A stretch of DNA of 64,000 bases, from IMG/VR virus record IMGVR_UViG_3300033463_000051, positions 1 through 64,000 of that record; one strand, written 5' to 3'. Under the pieces are notes generated by a model. It was not told where the DNA came from and did not search any database. It saw only the letters and a list, made by a program, of their open reading frames with translations. Source of the DNA: a virus (Duplodnaviria; Caudoviricetes). Shown one piece after another: positions 38,419 to 48,207 of this stretch (positions are counted from its first letter, which is position 1; every line of letters starts with the position of its first letter). Position numbers and translations under genes: made by a program.

Positions 38419-40961
38419 TGATAGTTCAATACAACTCCCTCAACAGAATGGAAAAGCCACAGTTAATACTCTGCAATCCCGGGAGCGTTTACAGTGCTAA
38501 CAGACTGCTGGACGGCGTTGTTGGCATACTTGCCGACCATGAGGCCGAGGAACTTGTATTCAACTTTAACGCCACGTCAGAACTAAACTTCAGGCTCAAT
38601 AAAGTACAGCGTAGCGACCCGGCAGAAAATGCTTATACTGCAAACTTATTCAGGGCTGCACAGAACAGGCGTCTGATATTTGTGGCAGAAAGTGGTGCGG
38701 GTGCGGATTACGAGGTTGGACAGGCTGCAGAAGATGCAATCGGATATTTTATGATCACCAATGTCGAAGACGGATTCGAGAACGGTGTTCAATATAAAGA
38801 CATTAAAGCGCAGTCAATCGATATCGAATTACAACAAAAAATGATTCCGTATATCGAGGACGGTACATATGAATTCACTACCCTTCTGGAAACAATCGTT
38901 CAGTCTCTTCCCCTGTGGAGCATTGGTAGTATAGACCCTAATGTTGCATCAAAATATAGAACGTTTTCCGATGTTGATACATCGCTCAACTGCCTGACAT
39001 TTCTAATGGATAACATGCAGGACGCTTACGAATGCATCATCGTATTTGATATCGTGTTCCGGACAATAAATGTCTACGACCAAAACAACTATGTTGTGCA
39101 GACAAATGTACACATTACGAAAGAGGACTTTATTAATTCACTAAACATTACCGAAGACGCAGAGGATATTTATACCGCCATTAGCGTACTTGGTGATGAC
39201 AATATAGTCATATCGCCAATCAACCCTCTCGGGACAAACACAATATATAATTTTGACTACTATCTGGATTGGATGAGTCCCGATTTAAAAACGGCAATGA
39301 TTACTTGGAAGACTGCGGTAGCAAATGCGGAAGATAATTATAAGGCGTTGAATCTTGCATATTATCAGGCACTTGATGTGGCGTCTGGGTATATAGCCGA
39401 TATTAATCAACTTACTACACTGGTTAATATGTACGAAAGATGCAAGAATAATATGGGCATTGATAAGGACTCCGCTAACTCAGAAGCTGCTATCCGGGCT
39501 GTTGATGCAGCCGCAGAAAGTGCCGGAGTTGAGGGGTGGGATATAGATACCACCCAAGAAATTGCCAATATTATAAGCGCTATTGACACTAAAATCAGTA
39601 CATATAACGGGCAAATCGATACTATAGAAGGTGAGTTGGAGGAAGAAAACGCGACTATCGAGTCATATCGGGAAGATATCAACGAAATAATATCTGATCT
39701 ATCCCTCACCGAGTACTTAACGGATGCTCAATATGGCGAATTGTCAAATTACATATTTCAGGGAGATTACAAAGATGAGTATGTAATCATCACTGACAGT
39801 ATGAGTTATCAAGAACAATTCGAGCAGATGCAGACTTTATACGATAGGGCTATGTTGCAACTTGAACGTGTGTCCAAGCCTACGCAGGAATTCAATATCG
39901 ATGTTGAGAACTTCATATTTAGTAAGGACTTTGAGACGTGGAGCGACCAGTTGGAAACAGGATGCCTCATCAATGTGGAATTAGATGAAGATGATGTCGC
40001 GGCACTATTTCTCTCTAACATAACAATTAACTTTGATGACCATAAGTTAACAATGACGTTTGGGAATCGTTTTAATAAATTTGATTCTAAGTCGTTGTTT
40101 GACGATATGCTGGGCAACATCAATCGCTCAGCCAACACAATAGATTATATAAAAGAAATACTCTATCCGGTGAAGAATGGTCAAATCAACCGTATGCAGG
40201 AAACATTATCCAATTCCAGGCGGTTGACGGCGTCTAATGCATTAGCCTCAACAAATCAGGAAGTGGTCATAGACGAGTCCGGATATCTTGGCAGGAAGGC
40301 AGACGCTATTAATGGCGGATATGACCCCCAGCAAGTAAAGATTACAAACAATTCTATAGTTTTTACGAATAATGATTGGGTGGATACACAAACCGCGATT
40401 GGTGAAATCAATATGCCTGACGGAGCGGTAGCGTATGGCGTTAACGCGGCTGCCATATTCGGAGATATAATAGTGGGAACCCAACTGCATATAACTGATG
40501 GCAACGGAAACGATGTACTGCGAGTTATGGAAGATAGTTTTACGACCCAGATATCCGATCTTGAAAATGGAAGGATATCAGCTCTCGAAAATAGCGCTAA
40601 CGGACTATCCGTAACCGTAGGAGAGCTCAGTCGTGACCTAACAGACATCTCAGATAATCTGGATAATTTGTCGGCTACATCAGTTACGACCGGGATGGGA
40701 TACTCTTTTACAGACGAAGGGTTGCTTATCAACAGTGTTGGCGAGGGCAAGATCTCCAATAGGCTGGACAATACGGGAATGTATGTTACAGACTCTGACG
40801 ATAACGCAGTTCTTACAGCTAATAACAATGGTGTTGTCGCCGTGAACTTAACAGCCAACAATTATCTTACTATTGGTTTATATAGTCGTTTTCAGGATTA
40901 TTCTACGGCTAGTGACACAATGAGAACGGGGTGCTTCTTTGTTGTTCCCGATACAGATTAA
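38418..40961 (+). CDS. Tail tip/baseplate hub (Tal-like) protein
   Basis: FNATSELNF, INPLGTNTIYNFDYY, coiled coil, FT..W..TAIG; follows Dit. Confidence 0.75.
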   Translation: MIVQYNSLNRMEKPQLILCNPGSVYSANRLLDGVVGILADHEAEELVFNFNATSELNFRLNKVQRSDPAENAYTANLFRAAQNRRLIFVAESGAGADYEVGQAAEDAIGYFMITNVEDGFENGVQYKDIKAQSIDIELQQKMIPYIEDGTYEFTTLLETIVQSLPLWSIGSIDPNVASKYRTFSDVDTSLNCLTFLMDNMQDAYECIIVFDIVFRTINVYDQNNYVVQTNVHITKEDFINSLNITEDAEDIYTAISVLGDDNIVISPINPLGTNTIYNFDYYLDWMSPDLKTAMITWKTAVANAEDNYKALNLAYYQALDVASGYIADINQLTTLVNMYERCKNNMGIDKDSANSEAAIRAVDAAAESAGVEGWDIDTTQEIANIISAIDTKISTYNGQIDTIEGELEEENATIESYREDINEIISDLSLTEYLTDAQYGELSNYIFQGDYKDEYVIITDSMSYQEQFEQMQTLYDRAMLQLERVSKPTQEFNIDVENFIFSKDFETWSDQLETGCLINVELDEDDVAALFLSNITINFDDHKLTMTFGNRFNKFDSKSLFDDMLGNINRSANTIDYIKEILYPVKNGQINRMQETLSNSRRLTASNALASTNQEVVIDESGYLGRKADAINGGYDPQQVKITNNSIVFTNNDWVDTQTAIGEINMPDGAVAYGVNAAAIFGDIIVGTQLHITDGNGNDVLRVMEDSFTTQISDLENGRISALENSANGLSVTVGELSRDLTDISDNLDNLSATSVTTGMGYSFTDEGLLINSVGEGKISNRLDNTGMYVTDSDDNAVLTANNNGVVAVNLTANNYLTIGLYSRFQDYSTASDTMRTGCFFVVPDTD

Positions 40962-40986
40962 TAATGGAATCAAAGGGGGTGAGTAA

Positions 40987-43900
40987 ATGGCTTCTGGTAG
41001 TTTTACAGGAACCACTAACAATTCCAGTATACAGTCAAAAATATCTTGGTCTGAAAGCAATACCAATGTTTCCGCAAATACATCCCAGGTGACAGTTACA
41101 CTAACATATAGCCGTACGAATACGGGATATGAAACGTACGGAACATGGGCGGGGTATTTGGTAATCCAGGCGGATAATAGTAGCGGAACTACACTTGCCA
41201 GATATCCCGCCGAAGGAACTACTTCAAAACAGATAAGTATCACGTATAATTCCAATACGGTTGCGATATCACAGACATTTACGATAACGCACAAATCAGA
41301 CGGAAGCAGAAAACTATATATAACGGCCGAAGGTGGTATTTCAGGAACTTCTTTTACAAGTACATATATAAGTGGAACCGCAACCCTCGATACGATACAA
41401 ACAGCGTATAGGTTAACTCTGACGCACGACAGTTACTCCAGCATTACCGTGCAGAGGGGTGGTGTGGATATCACAAACGGCGTTATCTATAAGGGTGAAA
41501 CGCTGACGGTAACCTTTTCTGCCAATAGCGGTTACGCTCTAGCAACACACACGGTTAATGGCACCACTAAAGCATCCGGTAGCACATTCACTGTGTCTGG
41601 CGATACAACCGTCGAAAGCACCGCCGTTAAAGAATATAAACTATCGATCTCAACGACAAACTGTAATGTTACGGTTACCAGAACATCATCCCCTATCTCT
41701 GGTGCTTCTACCGTATTGGTCAACAACTCAACCCTATATAAGGGGGATGTTATCAGGGTGACATTTTCGCCGACGGACTCCTCCGAATATGCGCTATCAA
41801 CGCATACTGTTAACGGAGTAACTAAAAGTTCCGGAAGTAGCGTTACAGTATCTGGAAACGTTGCGGTGGTCGGCTCTGCGGTACGTACCTCTACCCTTTC
41901 CATAAATGCGTCCGGGTGTACTATAACAGTCAAGAGAACATCCTCTCCTGTAGGTTCGACCGGAACTATCAGCAACGGCGCTACTATGTATTATGGAGAT
42001 GTGTTTACTGTAACGTGTACAGCAAACAGTGGATATACGCCCAGTTCCCCAACTCCCACTGTTACCGGAGCGAGTCTTCCGGAGGGGGCTACGTCTCCAT
42101 ATACAGTAAATGCTTCGTCGGTAACAGTTACTGCATCTGCCACTCCGGGTGTGTCAACGGTAAGGGCGACAAATGCAAACATAGGTTCGGTATCTACCAT
42201 TACTGTCACAAGACAGAAGAATACTTACTATCATAGTCTGCATGTATACCTTGCGGGCGATGGTCTTCACGATCACAGTACGGGGTATATAACATCTTCT
42301 GGCGGATATCAATTAAATGAAACCTGCTTCCAAGCAACGACCATCTCGTGGACTGTACCTGACGCGTTCTACAAAAGAATGTCCACGATCACTTCTGCCA
42401 TATGTACAATCACGTGTAAAACATATACCGGTAACGGCACTGGTGAGATAGGAACGTCTACGTGTACCATGACGGTAACTGCGACCGGTGCTCCGATAGT
42501 AAATGTAACCTTGGCGGATCAGAATTCTAGTATAGTTTCCAATCTAACCGGAGACGCAACTCGAATAATCAAGGGTGTGTCCAATGCGCAGGTAACGGTC
42601 AGCGCAAAGCCTGCTCACTATGTAAGTGCAGATGACGACTACTCTACCATTAAAAGAATATATATAAACGGTGTAAATCAGGCTCTTCCTACTCCCGAGA
42701 GCGGGGTGTATACCAAGAGCAAGACCTTTACAAAGTCCAACGAGTCGAGTTTTTACGCAACCGCCATGGATTCGCGAGGATATTCTTCTGCCAAAACATA
42801 TCCGAGTTCATATAAAGTTATCCCATATATAGCGCCTACATGCAGTATAACGCTTTCGTGGGACTCTATTGGAGAGTATGATGCCAGCATTAAACTTGTA
42901 CTCAAAGGCAGTATATATAGAGGTACGGGCTCGAACCGTTTTGATGGAAATACATCCGCGTCCGGATCTGATAATAGTTTCCGGTATTTGCAATATAGGT
43001 ACAGGGAGTCAGGCTCCAGTACATGGACGATAAGTTATACGACCCCAAGCAGTATTTCTTATAATAATACGTCGAACTCATATTCAGCCACAGTAATAAT
43101 ACCGGGACTAAGTTATGAGTCATCTTATTCTTTCCAGGTCAGGTATCAGGATCAGGTAATGCGTTATGACGATGGTAGCATATTAACTGTTTCTAAAACT
43201 TTGTCCAGGGCGAAGCCAATATTTGATTGGGGGAAGAACGACTTTAACTTTAACGTGCCTGTGAATGCCGGAAACGGAATCACAACAACGAATCTTACAG
43301 CAACCGGCACATTCAATCAACTCTCTGTTGTTGAGGGGCTGAAGTCCGTATCGTACCACGGATCGGGTGACTCAGGGTCATATTGTTCTGACGTAAATAC
43401 AACCTTGCTTCGTGTGACTCCGTACCTTGCTATTTGTCGCGTCGGTTTGCGTGTAATCAATTCAATTCCCCACAGGCAAAACACCATAGAGATTTGCAGA
43501 TGGGCTGGGTGTACATCAAACTATGCGGGGTATCAGGATGTTTCACTGGAAGACGATAGCGGCACTTTACAGGTAAGATTTAACAGGGATTCAAGCACAA
43601 GTTCACTTGTAATGACGATCTCTAACTATAGCGGTACGGCTATTGGTGGCGGTACTTATTCGTATGTACGAGCCATGATACCACTTGTGACGACCATAAA
43701 AGATATAGCCGACATTACCAGTCCTGCTATTACACTTCAACCGGTAAGTACAGCAGCGAATTCGGATACAGTATATTTTGAGGTTGGAGCAACGGCTCCA
43801 TCGGGTTCGACTCTTACGTATCAGTGGTGGTATAGTTCGAACGGCAGCACGTGGAATCCAGTTGGAACCGCAACCGGTAGAGATACATATCGCCTACAGT

Positions 43901-44295
43901 TCGGCGCCTCGTCTGGGGCAAACGGACGGTTATATCGCTGCGAAATATCTGATGGCACTACGACCGTAACATCCAATGTTGCGGGATACTATTACGCGGA
44001 TGGCGTAAAGATAATCACACAACCCGCATCACAGTCGGTAAGTTCCGGTACACCCGTATCATTCTCTGTGGTAGCCGCTGGAGATAACCAGTTGTCCGGA
44101 GGCGGACTGTCGTATCAGTGGCAGCGTAGCGACGACGGAACAACTTGGACTAACGCAAGTTCTACCGGATACAATACCGCTACAATGTCCTTTACTGCCG
44201 CTTCTGCATATGACGGAAGAAAGTATCGGTGCATCGTGACCGCGGCTTCCGGTACGCAGGAAACATCAAGCGCCGCTACTCTTACCGTGACTTAA
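40987..44295 (+). CDS. Central tail fibre/receptor-binding protein (DUF859-like) with multiple Ig-like domains
   Basis: ANTSQVTV N-terminus, ATAMDSRG, PIFDWGKNDFNFNVPV, two ITxQP..YQW..YRC Ig domains. Confidence 0.75.
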   Translation: MASGSFTGTTNNSSIQSKISWSESNTNVSANTSQVTVTLTYSRTNTGYETYGTWAGYLVIQADNSSGTTLARYPAEGTTSKQISITYNSNTVAISQTFTITHKSDGSRKLYITAEGGISGTSFTSTYISGTATLDTIQTAYRLTLTHDSYSSITVQRGGVDITNGVIYKGETLTVTFSANSGYALATHTVNGTTKASGSTFTVSGDTTVESTAVKEYKLSISTTNCNVTVTRTSSPISGASTVLVNNSTLYKGDVIRVTFSPTDSSEYALSTHTVNGVTKSSGSSVTVSGNVAVVGSAVRTSTLSINASGCTITVKRTSSPVGSTGTISNGATMYYGDVFTVTCTANSGYTPSSPTPTVTGASLPEGATSPYTVNASSVTVTASATPGVSTVRATNANIGSVSTITVTRQKNTYYHSLHVYLAGDGLHDHSTGYITSSGGYQLNETCFQATTISWTVPDAFYKRMSTITSAICTITCKTYTGNGTGEIGTSTCTMTVTATGAPIVNVTLADQNSSIVSNLTGDATRIIKGVSNAQVTVSAKPAHYVSADDDYSTIKRIYINGVNQALPTPESGVYTKSKTFTKSNESSFYATAMDSRGYSSAKTYPSSYKVIPYIAPTCSITLSWDSIGEYDASIKLVLKGSIYRGTGSNRFDGNTSASGSDNSFRYLQYRYRESGSSTWTISYTTPSSISYNNTSNSYSATVIIPGLSYESSYSFQVRYQDQVMRYDDGSILTVSKTLSRAKPIFDWGKNDFNFNVPVNAGNGITTTNLTATGTFNQLSVVEGLKSVSYHGSGDSGSYCSDVNTTLLRVTPYLAICRVGLRVINSIPHRQNTIEICRWAGCTSNYAGYQDVSLEDDSGTLQVRFNRDSSTSSLVMTISNYSGTAIGGGTYSYVRAMIPLVTTIKDIADITSPAITLQPVSTAANSDTVYFEVGATAPSGSTLTYQWWYSSNGSTWNPVGTATGRDTYRLQFGASSGANGRLYRCEISDGTTTVTSNVAGYYYADGVKIITQPASQSVSSGTPVSFSVVAAGDNQLSGGGLSYQWQRSDDGTTWTNASSTGYNTATMSFTAASAYDGRKYRCIVTAASGTQETSSAATLTVT

Positions 44296-44414
44296 TCCAT
44301 TTTATGTTTTTGATATATTTGATTTTATGTTTTTGACATATTTAATATAAATGCGTATTCCGCACATACGTTCAGTATGTGCTTTATTATTATTCAGAAT
44401 TAGGAGGTGGTGAT

Positions 44415-44783
44415 ATGTCTGTAAAAGTAGAGAACAATATCGTACACATGACACGCGGAGACACACTTAAAGTCCGCGTTGACCCGATACTTGTTTCTGA
44501 CGAGGGCGTGGAGACTCCTTACGTCCCCGTGCCGGGTGATGTAATAAGATTCGCATTGAAGACGCCAAGAATGACGTATGGCGACAAACAATTCAAAGAC
44601 CCCGAGCCTTTGATAATCAAGAACATTCCTATAGATACTCTTATTCTCAGGCTCGATCCTTTAGACACTAAGGGCTTCGATTTTGGGCAGTATGTATATG
44701 ATATTCAACTGACAGACTCCAATGGAGAAGTAGATACTTTTATCACAGAGACCGCGTTCTATATTGAGCCGGAGGTCGATTAA
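44415..44783 (+). CDS. BppU-like baseplate/fibre adaptor
   Basis: MTRGDT..DT..FG.YVYDIQL..GEVDTFI; RBS AGGAGGTG. Confidence 0.7.
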   Translation: MSVKVENNIVHMTRGDTLKVRVDPILVSDEGVETPYVPVPGDVIRFALKTPRMTYGDKQFKDPEPLIIKNIPIDTLILRLDPLDTKGFDFGQYVYDIQLTDSNGEVDTFITETAFYIEPEVD

Positions 44784-44786
44784 TCT

Positions 44787-45089
44787 ATGGAGAATGTACA
44801 AGACACCTTAAGGGGTCGCTTATCTCCCGTGGATACGATGACGGGACGGGTCTCCGGCGAAACAAGCACCGTCTCGGGCAGGCTGACCATCCCATCCGGT
44901 TCTGGCGCGGGTGGTCTCCCACCCGGCGGTCTTACGGGAGACTTATTAGCAAAGCGTTCCGACTCCGACTATGCAGTAGAATGGATCACCCCCGCTACAT
45001 CAGCGGAGGAAGATAATACGCGTCCGATTACGGCAGCAGCAGTCTATACCGAAATCGGCAATATAAACGCTTTGTTAGCAATAATATAA
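44787..45089 (+). CDS. Small fibre-associated protein
   Basis: LPPGGLTGDLLAKRSDSDYAVEW fibre motif. Confidence 0.65.
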   Translation: MENVQDTLRGRLSPVDTMTGRVSGETSTVSGRLTIPSGSGAGGLPPGGLTGDLLAKRSDSDYAVEWITPATSAEEDNTRPITAAAVYTEIGNINALLAII

Positions 45090-45105
45090 AGGGGGGATTT
45101 AACCT

Positions 45106-46596
45106 ATGAGTACTGCAACTGAAATAGCAAGAATAGTAGACGCAAGAAATACTATTCGCGATCAACTCATTGCATTCGGTCTGGCAAGCAGCACAGACCA
45201 AATAGATGACCTTGCGACTATTGTAGAAGGCATCGATTATCAGGGTGCTATATCCGCAACGGTTCAGGAAGGCGACACATATACCATCCCCGCCGGATAT
45301 CATAACGGTTCGGGAACGGTCTCTGGCGTACAGGGCGGCGGTAACTATACGCTGCAGTCCAAGACGCGCACACCAACGAAGCAACAGCAATCCGTAACTC
45401 CGGACAACGGATACTACGGTCTGTCAGATGTTACCATCGAGCCCATACCCGATGCATATCAGAATGTTTCCGGCGTTACACTGACAGCCGGAGAAGCTCT
45501 CTCCGGAAAGGTCTTCGTTGATTCTACGGGCTCAACCGTAGCCGGTACGATGACCAATGTCGGAGCAGTATCGAAAACACTGGACGCTACTACAAGTAAC
45601 CAATCGTATACTGTACCGCAGGGATATCATAACGGATCCGGCACAGTCTCTATTACTCTGGAGACAAAGTCCGCCACGCCGACGACCTCTTCGCAGGATA
45701 TTACACCTACGACCGGAAAGGTGCTGTCCAAGGTTACGGTAGGGGCTATCCCGTCACAGTATAAGGATACGACTAATGTTGACGCTACGTCCGGCGATGT
45801 GCTGTACGGGAAAACGATAGTTACGTCAAGCGGCGAAGTTACGGGTTCTATGACCAATAATGGTGCGGTCACCGAAACTCTTGATGCGACCACTGGTAAT
45901 CAATCCTACACTGTTCCCGAAGGCTACCATGATGGAACCGGAACGGTCAGCATTACTCTTGAGACGAAGAGCGCTACTCCGACCACATCGCAACAAACCA
46001 TTACTCCAACAAGTGGCAAAGTTCTGTCTTCAGTAACGGTTGCGGCTATTCCCTCACAGTATAAGGATACAACTAACGCCGATGCCGTAGCGTCCAACGT
46101 GCTTGCTGGTAAGATATTTGTAAATGGTACTGGTGAAGTTGAGGGTACAATGACCAACAATGGCGCAGTATCCAGGACGCTCGATGCGACCACTAATAAC
46201 CAGTCTTACACTGTACCGGGCGGATATCATAACGGCAGCGGTACTGTGAGCATTGTGCTTGAGACAAAGTCTACAACGCCGACCACATCTTCACAGACCA
46301 TTACTCCAACAAACGGCAAGGTACTTTCTTCTGTCACTGTCGGCGCTATTCCGTCACAATATGGCGATACAACTGGCGACGATGCGGTGGCTGCAAACCT
46401 GCTCGCTGGTGTTAAAGCGCACACGATAGTCAATGGCGTTGCGACTCAGATAACGGGTCAAATGGTAAATAATGGCGCTATCTCCGCAACTATTGACGGA
46501 CTTACGACTACATCATACAGCGTTGCTGCTGGATATACTTCGGGGGGTACAGTTTCTCTTACGGATGATATAGAAAATGCGCTTGCCGCTATATAA
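45106..46596 (+). CDS. Tail fibre protein with 100-aa tandem repeats
   Basis: GTMTNNGA..YTVPxGYHNGSG..TKSATPT..GKVLSSVTV repeats at exact 300-bp spacing. Confidence 0.75.
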   Translation: MSTATEIARIVDARNTIRDQLIAFGLASSTDQIDDLATIVEGIDYQGAISATVQEGDTYTIPAGYHNGSGTVSGVQGGGNYTLQSKTRTPTKQQQSVTPDNGYYGLSDVTIEPIPDAYQNVSGVTLTAGEALSGKVFVDSTGSTVAGTMTNVGAVSKTLDATTSNQSYTVPQGYHNGSGTVSITLETKSATPTTSSQDITPTTGKVLSKVTVGAIPSQYKDTTNVDATSGDVLYGKTIVTSSGEVTGSMTNNGAVTETLDATTGNQSYTVPEGYHDGTGTVSITLETKSATPTTSQQTITPTSGKVLSSVTVAAIPSQYKDTTNADAVASNVLAGKIFVNGTGEVEGTMTNNGAVSRTLDATTNNQSYTVPGGYHNGSGTVSIVLETKSTTPTTSSQTITPTNGKVLSSVTVGAIPSQYGDTTGDDAVAANLLAGVKAHTIVNGVATQITGQMVNNGAISATIDGLTTTSYSVAAGYTSGGTVSLTDDIENALAAI

Positions 46597-46611
46597 CTAG
46601 GAGGTGATCTT

Positions 46612-48195
46612 ATGAGCATCGCCTCGGAAATTACAAGGATTAGTGGGAATGTTTCCGATTCGCTGTCTGCGGTCGCCGCGAAAGGCGTGACTGTTCCCTC
46701 CGGGTCGAATAGTGACGACTTAGCTGGACTTATTGCGCTTATAAATTCAGGCGGGTTGGATATTCCTATATTTACTCAAACCTGGGATGATAACTGGGAG
46801 ACAGTGGTCTCTTTGACGTGCAACAAAACATACTCTCAATGTGTCAGCATTAACAATGCAGGATACTATAGTGGTGTTCTGCTGATTACCGACCAGTCTC
46901 ATACAGAAGAGAACTATTTCGGAATGGGTGTACGGGAATATGCGGATATGCTGGTATATACAGGAGTTACAAATAACATCCCGGGGTTTGAGGTTCAATA
47001 CAACAGCAATAATACTATGGTATACTCCGATAATCCAAGAGGTATTGATTCGCTGAACGCTACTTCTAACGGGACATATAACGCTCCGACCGGAAAACTC
47101 TATAAAACGGTCACTGTTAATGTGTCCGGTGGAAGTGGCGTTGTGGTAACAGAAGAGCCGGATTCCGGTGGAGGCGTTATCAAAAACATCACCGCCGTGG
47201 ATCTTTCAAACGATACCGTAGATGCGGCACACCTATTATATGGATATACGGCACACGACAGTACGGGTACGGCCATAACGGGTTCATATACACCATCATC
47301 GCCTTCGACGCAAACAAAAACGGCTACTCCGACAGAAAGCGAACAACTCATAGAACCCGATAGCGGATATCTGCTCTCGTCGGTAACTGTTGAAGCTATA
47401 AGCAGTACATATATAGGGTCGGATATACCAACAAGAACTTCGTCGGATATGTCAGTTGTAGGTCGCACCGTGGTAGCCCCGGCTGGGTTCTACGCATCTC
47501 CGTCATCTGCACAGGTAGCACAGGGAACCGCCGGAACCCCTACCGCAACAAAAGGAACGGTAAGTAACCATAGCATATCCGTAACGCCCTCAGTTACAAA
47601 TACTGCTGGATATATATCCGGTAGCACAATTAATGGTACTGCGGTTACCGTAGATGCCTCTGAACTTGTTAGCGGAACATATAACGTAACTTCATCCGGC
47701 ACTAAAGATGTTACCAATTATGCGTCCGCATCTGTGCCTGCTGGAACAGCAACAGCGCCATCCACAATAACCGGGACGAGCGCGACAGTATCCACAGGTA
47801 CAAACACTCTCACTTTGACCAAGACTGTATCAGTCACTCCGTCTGTGACTACCGCAGGATATGTGAGCAGCGGAACGGCAGGAAACAGTTCTGTCAGCCT
47901 TACTGCGTCTGTAACCACACAGGCCGCGCAAACAATACACCCATCAACGAGCGACCAGACAATTGCGAGTGGGCGTTATCTCACCGGTGCCCAAACCATA
48001 AAGGCGGTTACTACCTCAAATCTTTCCGCAAGTAATATTTTATCGGGGGTCACAATCAAAGTGGGCGATTCGTCCGACGATGATTGCGTTGCGAGCGTAA
48101 CTGGTAATGTAACGTTTCAGACATACTACACGGGGTCAAGTGCGCCCTCCTCTTCTCTTGGGGTGAATGGCGACATTTACCTACAAACATCGTAA
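46612..48195 (+). CDS. Tail fibre protein (Ser/Thr-rich)
   Basis: MSIASEITRI..AKGVTVP..DDLA anchor; terminal APSSSLGVNGDIYLQ. Confidence 0.7.
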   Translation: MSIASEITRISGNVSDSLSAVAAKGVTVPSGSNSDDLAGLIALINSGGLDIPIFTQTWDDNWETVVSLTCNKTYSQCVSINNAGYYSGVLLITDQSHTEENYFGMGVREYADMLVYTGVTNNIPGFEVQYNSNNTMVYSDNPRGIDSLNATSNGTYNAPTGKLYKTVTVNVSGGSGVVVTEEPDSGGGVIKNITAVDLSNDTVDAAHLLYGYTAHDSTGTAITGSYTPSSPSTQTKTATPTESEQLIEPDSGYLLSSVTVEAISSTYIGSDIPTRTSSDMSVVGRTVVAPAGFYASPSSAQVAQGTAGTPTATKGTVSNHSISVTPSVTNTAGYISGSTINGTAVTVDASELVSGTYNVTSSGTKDVTNYASASVPAGTATAPSTITGTSATVSTGTNTLTLTKTVSVTPSVTTAGYVSSGTAGNSSVSLTASVTTQAAQTIHPSTSDQTIASGRYLTGAQTIKAVTTSNLSASNILSGVTIKVGDSSDDDCVASVTGNVTFQTYYTGSSAPSSSLGVNGDIYLQTS

Positions 48196-48207
48196 GGAGG
48201 CAGATGT

